From NCBI GenBank assembly GCA_963835065.1, contig CAWIEK010000025.1, positions 1 through 17,333 of the forward strand: a DNA stretch of 17,333 nt, in the 5' to 3' direction. The notes under the pieces were generated by a model that saw only the letters and a program-made list of their open reading frames with translations, had not been told where the DNA came from and did not search any database. The position numbers and the translations under genes are program-made. This document shows, piece by piece, positions 1 through 9,216 of this stretch (positions are counted from its first letter, which is position 1; the number at the start of each line of letters is the position of its first letter). Source of the stretch: an uncultured Chthonomonadaceae bacterium. GTDB lineage: Bacteria; Armatimonadota; Chthonomonadetes; Chthonomonadales; Chthonomonadaceae.

Positions 1-71
1 CGCTAAAAAGCAGTGTTCCGGTATTGAGTCTGTGTAAAGTAGTACACACGATAGCAGGAAGCCATACAACC

Positions 72-2504
72 ATGACAACTAACGCGCAAAATAATTATGG
101 CGGTTTTGGGTTTGGGCAGCGTGAGCCGCTCGCAAGGCGACTGCATAACCTGCTCCGTGATTATCCTGAGGGCGTCGGCATCGTCAAAGAACTCATCCAG
201 AACGCGGACGATGCCGGGGCAACAATCGTGCGTTTGACCGTAGACCGGAGGCAGCATCGCACCACGAATTTAGTTGCACCGAATATGGCTAGTCTTATGG
301 GACCGTCCATTTTGTTCTACAACAATGCCAAGTTTACCAACGATGACTTCAAAAACATCCAAGAGATCAGCTTTAGCGGCAAGTCGAATGATCTGGGGAA
401 GGCGGGGCGCTACGGCATTGGCTTCAACTCGGTTTATCATGTAAGCGACTGCCCAAGTATCATCTCTGGTGATCGTATTGTGTTTTTTGATCCACGCTGT
501 TTGTATGTACCTTCTACGCCTGCGGAACCGGGACACGGATGGTATTACGCTCAGGAAGGCTGGTGGAATCGTTTTCCTGAGTTTCTCGCAGCATATGAGT
601 CTGGAGGGCTTCCTCACGGGACTACCGATTTCAACGGTACTGTGTTTCGCTTGCCTCTTCGTACTGTCCAGCAAGCAATGGGAAATGAAATTCGGCATGA
701 ACCTTTTACTGCGGACAATGTTCACAGATTGCTTCAATCTATAGAGCATGACGCAGAAGCGTTGTTGTTATTTCTTAAGTCCGTATTGACCATAGAAGTT
801 TATGAGATCCGGGATGGCTCTACGGAACCTCAAATGCGGTTGTCGCTTACAACAACTAACAAAGAGGTTGTTGCTAACGAACGAAAAAAACTAATCGATG
901 TAGTTCGCGGTGGCTACGAAGTCCTAACCGAGTTGTGCCGGGAAGCGCCTGAATTGCTTCCTGAAATCGAGTATGTCCATGAAATAAGCAGCCTGTCCCA
1001 TTCTGGAAAGTGCAGTTCTCAGTGGCTCGTCACAGGGTTGCTCTATGTAGACCCGGAAGGAGAACTGCTGGATACTATGGAGCAGTTGTGGGAACATGGC
1101 GACAAGGCAGTTCCCTGGGCAGGCGCGGCAGCCCGAATATCTTCCACCAATGAAGCCACGAGAACAGAGTTCCTGTCTGGCCGCGCGTTTTGTTTCCTGC
1201 CACTTCCTGGCAGTACAGGTTTGCCGATACATATACACGGGTATTTTGACCTTAACTCCTCGCGTGATGGTATCTCCACTATTGACGGAAGAACCGGCAA
1301 GAGCGAACTCGGCCCCATGTGGAACCAACTGCTTGTAAAGCATATTATCGCACGAGCCTGCGCAAATTTGATCGAAGCCTTGTCTCAGGAAATTGGAGAT
1401 AGCAACCCCCGAGAGTATTACCGTCAGTGGCCTGCACAGGACGCGCGTATCAAGGGATTAGACGGTCTCTATACCGAAATTCTGAAACTCATCTACCAAC
1501 GACCTGTAATTCGCTCTACGACGCCGGAACGATGGACAGCGCCGTCAGAAATAAAGACGGTGCCTAATGGATGGGGACAAATCCGTGATCCATTGGTAGC
1601 CGATGGTTGGGCTTTACCTGATCCTAACATATCAGAGAATGTTCAGAGCGCATTTCGACAGGCAGGGTTGAAATTAGCCGAAATCTTAGCGCTTGAAGTG
1701 CGGAACTACCTCGGAACATTGTCGGTGAGTGGTTTACACACTCACCTTGACAAAGCGCCAGCCCCGAGCCTGCGTAAGCGTCAGTGGATTGTATCACTCT
1801 TGGAGTTCTGTCTATCTGATGGATGCCGTAATCTTCGCGGATTACCTTTAGCTTTAGTGGCGGATGGCACCCTCGAACGCTTTGGTGATGGTACGCATTA
1901 TATTGGTGGTGATGATGAGCGAGAAATTTTTGCGCCTTATCTCAATCGGTTTCTTCATCCAGAGTTCGTTCAAGAGGTGAAGGGGTTATCCGCTGTAAAC
2001 CAAGACTATATCATTCGCATGGGGCTACGCGAAGTAGTTGACCAACTTCCTACCATTACAAAGACGGTAGAAGAAGAAAATGGATACTGGAGCCCGGTTC
2101 AAACCAATTTGCCCAATGCGAAATGGTTAGGTATGCTTTATGCGTACCTGGCGAAACAGCAGGATATTAATGCCGTACTTGATAAATTGCGCAGTATACC
2201 ACTCGTTCCCGGTGAGGATAGTCGCCTATACCGTGGATGGGCACAAGAAACACCTCTCGACGACACTGGCATCCAACCTGAATTACGCAAGACGCTACGT
2301 AAATTCGGTGTCGTCTTCGTAAAGGCAGAAGGTATTCTTCGAGCATCTATCACCTCATTTATCAAACACCATCCCGATGCATTAATTCCTCCCGTATCCG
2401 GTCCTGATCTTGTGGATGCGCTTACTTTTCAAGCCAAAAGCAGGATTGCCGGATTTAGATCAGGAACAATTTGGGCGACTAATCGATTTCCTTGCCCGCG
2501 ATGA
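72..2504 (+). CDS. Sacsin-like (SRR, Hsp90-like GHKL ATPase) protein, N-terminal part; probably one gene with 2410-5715 via a +1 frameshift
   Basis: Motifs FGQREPL..RLHNLLRDYPEG..IVKELIQNADDAGA, GRYGIGFNSVYHVSDCPSIISG, GTVFRLPLR, GRAFCFLPLP..TGLPIHIHGYFDL and WNQLL are typical of sacsin repeat regions. ATG at 72 follows AGGAAG (56-61) and is preferred over the ORF-track TTG at 24. Confidence 0.85.
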   Translation: MTTNAQNNYGGFGFGQREPLARRLHNLLRDYPEGVGIVKELIQNADDAGATIVRLTVDRRQHRTTNLVAPNMASLMGPSILFYNNAKFTNDDFKNIQEISFSGKSNDLGKAGRYGIGFNSVYHVSDCPSIISGDRIVFFDPRCLYVPSTPAEPGHGWYYAQEGWWNRFPEFLAAYESGGLPHGTTDFNGTVFRLPLRTVQQAMGNEIRHEPFTADNVHRLLQSIEHDAEALLLFLKSVLTIEVYEIRDGSTEPQMRLSLTTTNKEVVANERKKLIDVVRGGYEVLTELCREAPELLPEIEYVHEISSLSHSGKCSSQWLVTGLLYVDPEGELLDTMEQLWEHGDKAVPWAGAAARISSTNEATRTEFLSGRAFCFLPLPGSTGLPIHIHGYFDLNSSRDGISTIDGRTGKSELGPMWNQLLVKHIIARACANLIEALSQEIGDSNPREYYRQWPAQDARIKGLDGLYTEILKLIYQRPVIRSTTPERWTAPSEIKTVPNGWGQIRDPLVADGWALPDPNISENVQSAFRQAGLKLAEILALEVRNYLGTLSVSGLHTHLDKAPAPSLRKRQWIVSLLEFCLSDGCRNLRGLPLALVADGTLERFGDGTHYIGGDDEREIFAPYLNRFLHPEFVQEVKGLSAVNQDYIIRMGLREVVDQLPTITKTVEEENGYWSPVQTNLPNAKWLGMLYAYLAKQQDINAVLDKLRSIPLVPGEDSRLYRGWAQETPLDDTGIQPELRKTLRKFGVVFVKAEGILRASITSFIKHHPDALIPPVSGPDLVDALTFQAKSRIAGFRSGTIWATNRFPCPR

Positions 2505-5500
2505 ATGGGTTGATGGTAAGGAAATCTACGATGCAGATAGGTGCGAGATGCTTCGGAACCTCCCCATCTGGATAACATCGTCTGGAAATTTGGTCTCACT
2601 GTCTGGCAGCAATGTCTACCAGCCTGGCGGTTTTGACCCGCCGCCCACTGGTTCACAACTGAAGATGATCTATACCGGGCAGGATGGCCGATGGAAACGC
2701 CTTCTTAATCTCCTGCGTGTTGAGACACTTGACCGCGCAACATTCACTCGGAAGTGTCTAATTCCATATTTTGCAAACCTTGGCGAAGACGAGCAATACT
2801 CAACATTGAGGTGGCTGCGAAGTAATCTGGCTCTGGCTGAACAGGAGGCTGCTGAAGCCACAGGCAAAGCGTTATTAGGTGAAGAGATACTATCTGCCCC
2901 TCTGATTCGCTGTTCCGACAGCCAACTCCGGGCAGTGAGGGAAGTCTATAATCCAGATGAAAAGGTAATCCAAGATGTCTTCGGCGTTGCCGCGCCCATG
3001 CCAGATAAAGATTATTTTGGTGAGGATTGGGATCGGTGGTCAATATGGTTTGGTCAGCTTGGCTGGCGAACTGCGCCTGAGCCAACGGATATAATTGCTC
3101 ATGTTGACAGACTAATTGAGAGGTCCAAAGAATATGGGCCTGATTCGGCTGCTGGCGAATGTATGAACGTCTACTACCATGTTACCGGCGATTGGGACCG
3201 CTACGCGAAACTTGCAGGCATGGCGGAATGTGCTTCCAGCAATTCGAACAACTATAACATTGGTCGTCAACTTAGTATTCGCGCTTGGCTTCCCGCTCTG
3301 GCTGTTCCCGAGGAATTGAGACGCTTTCCATTGGCAGCAATACCAGAGCCTCGGCTTTATAGGGCAGACGAACTTTGTTTCGTCCAAGACGCGAACCTTG
3401 TGGCAAGTTCCCGCCCGCTATTTCGCGTCAGAAACCAGCCCTCTGAAAATGTGCGTTCAGTGTTAGGGTTTCGCAAAATAACAACTGAAGAGGTCGCGTC
3501 TCACTTCGAGGCTCTCATTGCTCTTTGGGAGCAGGGTGCTGTGTCTCAGGAGAGTGACCAAACTTTCCAAGTTGCCATTAAACGTGTCTACAATTATTTT
3601 TACGACAATATTGTGGCGGGGCAGGCGGATGGCAGTTGGCTTCGTGACCGATTCAGCAAGCGGGAATGTCTCTGGGACTATGGAAAGTTCTGGCGGGCTG
3701 ACCATGCCTTTCAAACGCAGGTTCCATTTTTCGGAAATCGCCGAACTACGATTAAACCGGAGGAGCGTACTGCAGCAGTTTATCGGTTATTAGGACAGAA
3801 GGAGCGTCCGACTGTCACTGACTTTATAGATTTTCTGGTAGAAATATACAAGGAGTTTGAGAGCCGTGAACTGCCTGCGGAGATCATCACACATGTCATT
3901 GAGGTATGCAAACGTTTGGCGGCTGAACTAACATCAAGTGAAGATAATAGTGATTTGACCAGATTTGTGGCACTTACCGCTGGCGGTCGTCTGTTATCTC
4001 CGTATTATGTACTTGTTCCAGACGCATCGTGGCGTGTGCCGTATGTCCAAGCGGCAAAGGGCGCCCTGCTCCACCCGGAGATACCGCAGGGATTAGCCCT
4101 TGCGGCGGGCTGTCTTTCATTGCTACACGACGTGGTTGAAAAGCCAAACGGAGAAGTGGAGTTGTGCGTTGAGGCAGAGCCGAGTATATGGGTAGATCAA
4201 TGGGAAAACACAATAAATTCAAATCCGTTGGCGGAGGGCATCGTTCGTCTATTCTATCATCAGACTGGGCAATTTCCGAAGAAGACCGAAGCACTTGTAA
4301 AAGCGTGTTCAATTCAACTAGCCAGACAAATACTAGTTGATTTGGTTGTGGAGCAGGATGGCCGACATATAGCCTCCGGTGTTGACGGAGACCACTACTG
4401 GAATGAGCGCACTCAAACGCTCTACGTTTCAAGGGCAGACCGCCGCGTAATGCTGCACTCCTTGACTGAAGCCGTAAATCACCATCTATTGATGCAACCA
4501 CTTCCTGAAATTGCATTACTGCGAGATATTTTGGATGAATCACCAGATCAAATTCATAGTCTTCTGAATCGCTATCGGGTTGCATCATACACTCAAGTGG
4601 ATTTGAGCGACCTTGCCGTCTTCGAGGATAGTGGCATTACAGACAGCCTTTTTGATGACGATCTTCCCTCCGACGATGACGCAGAACGAGTAGAAACTCC
4701 AAAACGAGAGGCACTATCCTGTACAACCGATTCAATGCAGGCTGAAGGCTTAGATTCAAAGTTCGCAACCGATGCATCAGGACAGCAGGATAGTTCTGAA
4801 GCTCGATTACAAGAGGATACCCAACGCGCCAACAATTCTGATGTGAACAAAGATACCACAGAGGAGTTCTCCAAGAGTAATATTACAACGCCAAGCCGCT
4901 CCAATGAGACAGGTACTGGCGATGAGAAACTGAATAATGGCTCAGAGGTAGGTGGCATTGCGCCATCAAATAACGATCCATCTTCAGATTTGCAGCGGAC
5001 AAACTTCTCCGAAAGTGGTCGGACATCCTCTGCCGGTCCATTTTTACCTAAAGATAAAAATGAAGAGGAAGACAAAACCAGTTCCTCACACGAATCTGCA
5101 AATTCTGATAGCGCAAGGTCACAGTCCGATGGAGCCTCCCGAATTCATCCAGGGGATACGTCTCGTACCCAAAGCGGCTCGCGCAGTGAATATTCTGATG
5201 CACCAAATCGCACCCGTGATACAAAGGATGAGCAACGAACAAAAGGCCGTCAGGGTAGCCGTTTGCGCTCCTATGTCTTCCCGACAGATAATGACAAAGA
5301 AACAGATCATGATGCACAGCAAAAACGTTCAAGTGTAGGGCGAAAGGGCGAGGAGCGAGTTTTCGCAGATGAGGTTGCGAATGGACGTTCGGCAAGAAGA
5401 ATGGCGCATCTGAACCCTGGTTTTGACATCCAATCTGCGGACACGCGAGGAGAAATTGAACGCTATATAGAGGTCAAATCGCTCTCAGGTTATTGGGGCG

Positions 5501-5715
5501 AGACTGGTGTTGGGTTGACCAACACTCAATTTAAGCTGGCCCAAGAACTTGGCGACCGATACTGGCTCTACGTTGTAGAGTGCGCAGAAGATGATAAAGA
5601 CTACAATATCATCCGTATACAAAACCCAGCGCAACGTGTCAACCAGTTCTTATTCGACGATGGTTGGCGTGACTTGGGCAACATAGAAGAACATCTTTCA
5701 AGCGATCAATCTTGA
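2410..5715 (+). CDS. C-terminal part of the sacsin-like protein: degenerate repeats, acidic/Ser-rich linker and DUF3883 (NOV C-terminal) PD-(D/E)xK nuclease domain
   Basis: 1101-codon ORF overlapping the upstream ORF by 95 nt with no evident RBS. The C-terminus GRKGEERV..E..NPGFDIQS..RYIEVKS..GVGLTNTQF..A..LGDRYWLYVV..NP matches DUF3883. Confidence 0.8.
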   Translation: MWMRLLFKPKAGLPDLDQEQFGRLIDFLARDEWVDGKEIYDADRCEMLRNLPIWITSSGNLVSLSGSNVYQPGGFDPPPTGSQLKMIYTGQDGRWKRLLNLLRVETLDRATFTRKCLIPYFANLGEDEQYSTLRWLRSNLALAEQEAAEATGKALLGEEILSAPLIRCSDSQLRAVREVYNPDEKVIQDVFGVAAPMPDKDYFGEDWDRWSIWFGQLGWRTAPEPTDIIAHVDRLIERSKEYGPDSAAGECMNVYYHVTGDWDRYAKLAGMAECASSNSNNYNIGRQLSIRAWLPALAVPEELRRFPLAAIPEPRLYRADELCFVQDANLVASSRPLFRVRNQPSENVRSVLGFRKITTEEVASHFEALIALWEQGAVSQESDQTFQVAIKRVYNYFYDNIVAGQADGSWLRDRFSKRECLWDYGKFWRADHAFQTQVPFFGNRRTTIKPEERTAAVYRLLGQKERPTVTDFIDFLVEIYKEFESRELPAEIITHVIEVCKRLAAELTSSEDNSDLTRFVALTAGGRLLSPYYVLVPDASWRVPYVQAAKGALLHPEIPQGLALAAGCLSLLHDVVEKPNGEVELCVEAEPSIWVDQWENTINSNPLAEGIVRLFYHQTGQFPKKTEALVKACSIQLARQILVDLVVEQDGRHIASGVDGDHYWNERTQTLYVSRADRRVMLHSLTEAVNHHLLMQPLPEIALLRDILDESPDQIHSLLNRYRVASYTQVDLSDLAVFEDSGITDSLFDDDLPSDDDAERVETPKREALSCTTDSMQAEGLDSKFATDASGQQDSSEARLQEDTQRANNSDVNKDTTEEFSKSNITTPSRSNETGTGDEKLNNGSEVGGIAPSNNDPSSDLQRTNFSESGRTSSAGPFLPKDKNEEEDKTSSSHESANSDSARSQSDGASRIHPGDTSRTQSGSRSEYSDAPNRTRDTKDEQRTKGRQGSRLRSYVFPTDNDKETDHDAQQKRSSVGRKGEERVFADEVANGRSARRMAHLNPGFDIQSADTRGEIERYIEVKSLSGYWGETGVGLTNTQFKLAQELGDRYWLYVVECAEDDKDYNIIRIQNPAQRVNQFLFDDGWRDLGNIEEHLSSDQS

Positions 5716-5735
5716 TTTAGTGCGGACAGAAAAGC

Positions 5736-6019
5736 ATGGCACTCCATTGCAAGCAAAAACAACTCCATCCTACGATATTTTAGACTTCTTGCCTGAACAA
5801 ATTTGGCAGGAATAATGCCCGCTTGTTGTCAAATGCCACGAATATAATCTGACAGCGGAAGAACATCGTCCTCTGCTTGAACTTTCACACGAGGTTGAGA
5901 GGGCGAATGTCCGCCGCATCGAAGCCCTAATACAATTGGCTGAACTGCGCCACACAACACTTGACGTTCTGATGAATCAACTCGATATCAAGCCTCGTCT
6001 TGTACCCGGTTTGGAGTGA
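5736..6019 (+). pseudogene. Degraded small helical protein (putative antitoxin-like family often found next to HNH nucleases)
   Basis: The frame ending at TGA 6017-6019 reads FLPEQIWQE*CPLVVKCHEYNLTAEEHRPLLELSHEVERANVRRIEALIQLAELRHTTLDVLMNQLDIKP, with an internal TAA at 5813-5815. The ATG at 5736 is out of frame with it. Family recognised from memory of the LT.EE..LL.L...E..N..R..AL..LA.LR...L..LM..L.I pattern. Confidence 0.55.
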
Positions 6020-6169
6020 CATTTCCTGCTGTGTCCTATATATCAGCAAACAAGGCAGGAACTCTCAATGCCGAAAGTGAATTAAACGGCGCGACAGCCT
6101 TGCTTGTTTTGTGTTTTCTGACGTTTGGCTTGGCTGCCTCCATTATTTTCCGAAAGGAACCAGGGCATC

Positions 6170-7267
6170 TTGACAAACACAACCTCGACTTCCACAACGA
6201 CAGCCGCCGCGCCCAAAAAGAAAGTGCGTATCGGCGTGATCGGCACGGGCGGCATTGCCAATGGCGCGCACCTGCCCGGCTACTCGCAAATCCCGGACGA
6301 CTGCGAAATTTTTGCGATGTGCGACATTGACCCCGCCGCGCTGGAAAAGACAAGCGCGAAATACCCGCAGGTTCAGCATAAGTTTGAGGACTATAAGCAA
6401 ATGCTGGAAATGCCGGAGATTGACGCTATTTCGGTCTGCACTCCCAACTACGCGCATTACCAGCCGACTATTGATTCGCTCAATGCGGGCAAGCATGTGC
6501 TGTGCGAAAAGCCGATTGCCATGAACGCGCAGCAGGGCGCTGCAATGGTGGAAACCGCCAAAAAGAACGGCAAAATCCTCCAGGTCGGCTATAACAGCCG
6601 CTTTCTGCCATCCAACATGGCGCTGAAACGCTTCATTGACGCGGGCGAATTGGGCGACATTTATTATGCCCGCGCGCAGGCGTTGCGGGTGCGCGGCATT
6701 CCCGGTTGGGGCGTGTTCATTGACAAAAGCAAGCAGGGCGGCGGGCCATTGATTGACATCGGCGTTCACATGCTCGACCTGACGCTGTGGTTCATGGGAC
6801 ATCCGAAACCGGTTGCGGCCAGCGGCGTCACGTACCAGCAGTTCGGCAAGCGCGACGATGTGGTAGGCTTTATGGGGCAGTGGGATTACAAGAACTTCAC
6901 CGTTGAAGACATGGCCGCCGCCTTGATTCGTTTCGACAACGGCGCAACCATCGTGCTGGAATCCAGTTTCGTCGCCAACATCAAGGACGAAGTGCAGAAC
7001 GTCACGCTGCTCGGCTCCGAAGGCGGCGCGGAAGCGTACCCGTTCAGCATCACGCAGGAGCGGCATCGCAGCGTGTTCAGCTATTCGCCCAAAATCCCCG
7101 GCGGCAACAATATCAACACGCATTACGCGGAAATGAAAGCGTTTGTCGAGTGCGTCCGCGACAACAAGCCGCCGCTCGTAAGCGGCGAACACGGCCTGAT
7201 GGTCGCCAAAATCATGGACGCCATTTACAAGTCGGCAGACGAAAAGCGCGAAGTCACGATAGATTAG
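6170..7267 (+). CDS. Gfo/Idh/MocA family NAD(P)-dependent oxidoreductase
   Basis: Rossmann motif RIGVIGTGGIA, AGKHVLCEKP and GGGPLIDIGVHMLD. TTG at 6170 follows AAAGGA (6153-6158); the ORF track starts at 6125. Confidence 0.93.
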   Translation: MTNTTSTSTTTAAAPKKKVRIGVIGTGGIANGAHLPGYSQIPDDCEIFAMCDIDPAALEKTSAKYPQVQHKFEDYKQMLEMPEIDAISVCTPNYAHYQPTIDSLNAGKHVLCEKPIAMNAQQGAAMVETAKKNGKILQVGYNSRFLPSNMALKRFIDAGELGDIYYARAQALRVRGIPGWGVFIDKSKQGGGPLIDIGVHMLDLTLWFMGHPKPVAASGVTYQQFGKRDDVVGFMGQWDYKNFTVEDMAAALIRFDNGATIVLESSFVANIKDEVQNVTLLGSEGGAEAYPFSITQERHRSVFSYSPKIPGGNNINTHYAEMKAFVECVRDNKPPLVSGEHGLMVAKIMDAIYKSADEKREVTID

Positions 7268-7298
7268 TAATTGGTGGTTGGTGAAACGCAGGCTCTTG

Positions 7299-7331
7299 CT
7301 GCGCCGTCTGTGGATGTAGGCGGCGCAGTTT
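7299..7331 (+). terminator. Putative rho-independent terminator after the oxidoreductase
   Basis: CTGCGCCGTCTG-TGGATG-TAGGCGGCGCAG forms a 12-bp stem with two G-U pairs, followed by only TTT. Confidence 0.45.
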
Positions 7332-7559
7332 GCCGTGTATGGAGTTCTCGCGGCTTTTCAAAGCGATTGGCTTGGTTTATTAGGCCGTCAGGCTTGCTGC
7401 AATCTTTACTTAAATCGCGTATGAAATCCTGACGATGCCGGATATTGACGGCGCTGTCGTTCCGCACTATCGCCTTGTGAAAGTTCAGACTAATGATTCG
7501 ACCACGAGTTCAAGCGCGGGCTAAACAAGGAGCCAGGCGTTGTGGTTTAAGGAATATCT

Positions 7560-8960
7560 GTGAATAAGCCCTCATCTTCGTCGCCGACAGAAGCGGAAAT
7601 AGACGCAGAAACACTGCCGCTTACCCCTGTGGACGAAACTTCTGCTTCCGCCTCGAAACCTATCGCTTCACCTGCCGCAGCGCATTGGAAACACAGCGTC
7701 ATGGCGTTGCTGATTGCTATTATGTTTGTGTCGGCGTCGGCGGAACTGGCGTATGCGCTTGTCAATTTGTCGGCGATGCCGGTGTTTATCAAAGATACCG
7801 CGCATTTGCCCGCTCGCTGGATCGGCATCATCGGCACGTCGTTTTTGCTGACTGAAGGCGCGTTGAAAGGGCCGATGGGCGCGTTGGGCGACCGCATCGG
7901 GCGCAAGCCCCTGATTTTGGCCGGCCCGATACTGTCCACGTTTACCGCCCTGCTGACGCCGCTTGTGCATAACCCGTATGCCCTCGTCTGCCTGCGCGTT
8001 CTGGACGGGGTAGGCGCGGCGGCGTTGTGGCCTGCCGTGTTCAGTCTGATTGGCGACCACGTTCCCGAAGAGCGCCGCGCCACCGCCATGAGCCTGTTCA
8101 ACGTCGCGTATATCTTCGGAATCGCTGTCGGCCCGTCTCTCGGCGGCAATGTCAACCATTGGGCGCGAACTTCCATGCACATGTCGCCTGCCCATTCTAA
8201 AGAAGCGTCGTTCTACCTCGCGGCCATTCTGTTCGGGCTGACCACGATTGCCGCCATCATTTTCGTGCCCAAACTCCAGCCGACAAGCGGCGAGGGACAC
8301 GGAAGCGGCGAGTCCATCCATCTTGACGAGTTGAAGGCGATGCTGAAGCGAATTCCCATGACGCTGCTGATGACGTTTGTTACTTTCCTGGGCATCGGCT
8401 TCATCATGCTGTACATCAAGACGTTTGCCTTAGAGCGTGATGGCCCCTTCCACATGACCGAGCAAAGTTACGGCAATACGCTCGTTCTGCCCGCCCTGCT
8501 TATAGGCGCGCTTTCCGTCCCGATGGGCAAAATCGGCGATAAAATCGGCAAAGCACTGGCCGTCAAAACCGGCATCGGGATGTGCATGGGCGCATATTGG
8601 CTGCTGCTGCTGTTTCCCTCCCACCTGACCCTTATTCTCCTGGGAACCCTGATTGGAACCGGATTTTCTCTCGCCTTTCCCGCGTGGATGGCGCTTGTCA
8701 CGGAGCAAAGCGGCTCTAATCAGCGCGGCGCGGTTGTGGGCGCAGTCGCCACCGCGCAGGGCGTGGGCGCGATTACCGGCAGTTCCTTCAGCGCGTGGCT
8801 GTACCCGCTCGGCATGGTCAGGCTCGGTCCCCTGCACCTGCCCGCCCACAGCCTGCCGTTCCTGATGTGCGGTATTGCGCTCATCGGCTCCTTCCTCCTC
8901 GCCCTCTTCACCCTCCACGCGCCCCGCGTCAACCAGTCGGAAAGCGAGTCAATGGGATAG
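7560..8960 (+). CDS. MFS transporter (drug:H+ antiporter-like)
   Basis: About 12 hydrophobic segments, motif A GALGDRIGRK and its repeat GKIGDKIGK, plus LRVLDGVG. GTG start after TAAGGA (7548-7553). Confidence 0.92.
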   Translation: MNKPSSSSPTEAEIDAETLPLTPVDETSASASKPIASPAAAHWKHSVMALLIAIMFVSASAELAYALVNLSAMPVFIKDTAHLPARWIGIIGTSFLLTEGALKGPMGALGDRIGRKPLILAGPILSTFTALLTPLVHNPYALVCLRVLDGVGAAALWPAVFSLIGDHVPEERRATAMSLFNVAYIFGIAVGPSLGGNVNHWARTSMHMSPAHSKEASFYLAAILFGLTTIAAIIFVPKLQPTSGEGHGSGESIHLDELKAMLKRIPMTLLMTFVTFLGIGFIMLYIKTFALERDGPFHMTEQSYGNTLVLPALLIGALSVPMGKIGDKIGKALAVKTGIGMCMGAYWLLLLFPSHLTLILLGTLIGTGFSLAFPAWMALVTEQSGSNQRGAVVGAVATAQGVGAITGSSFSAWLYPLGMVRLGPLHLPAHSLPFLMCGIALIGSFLLALFTLHAPRVNQSESESMG

Positions 8961-9216
8961 AGGGAGAAAAGGAGAAGAGGAGAGGGAAACCGCGAAATAC
9001 ACGAACCAAAACAAAAAAGGAAAATCCAAAAGAACAAACCACGGATGACACGGACAAAACGGATGAACACGGATAGGAACATCGAAAGCCAATCTGTTCT
9101 TGTTGTTAATCCTGTCTATTTTCCTTTGTTCTTTTTTCGTTTATTTCGTATGTTTCGCGGTTTCTATCTTCCCTCTCCTCTTCTCGTTTTCTTCTTTTCT
9201 TCTTTTCTTCCCCTCT
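8961..9216. repeat. Long nested inverted-repeat element between convergent MFS genes, with internal ACGGA-core ~9-mer repeats
   Basis: 8972-8986 is the perfect reverse complement of 9171-9185 (15 bp). 8986-9005 matches 9145-9164 at 18/20. 9016-9025 matches 9118-9127 at 10/10. ACGGATGAC/ACGGACAAA/ACGGATGAAC/ACGGAT tandem at 9041-9074. Confidence 0.85.

Noticed and set aside
4600..5270. Acidic Ser/Thr-rich stretch as a separate element or DNA repeat
   Set aside because: It is an in-frame low-complexity linker with no nucleotide-level periodicity seen.
6016..6330. 104-aa ORF as an intact gene
   Set aside because: It overlaps the oxidoreductase out of frame and has no family features beyond a few N-terminal residues.
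6143..7192. 349-aa minus-strand ORF
   Set aside because: Antisense shadow of the well-supported oxidoreductase, with no recognisable motifs.
7264..7284. TTAGTAA-TTGGTGG-TTGGTGA heptamer trace at the oxidoreductase stop
   Set aside because: Only three degenerate units and no inverse arm, which is too weak to call, though consistent with the stop-adjacent pattern.
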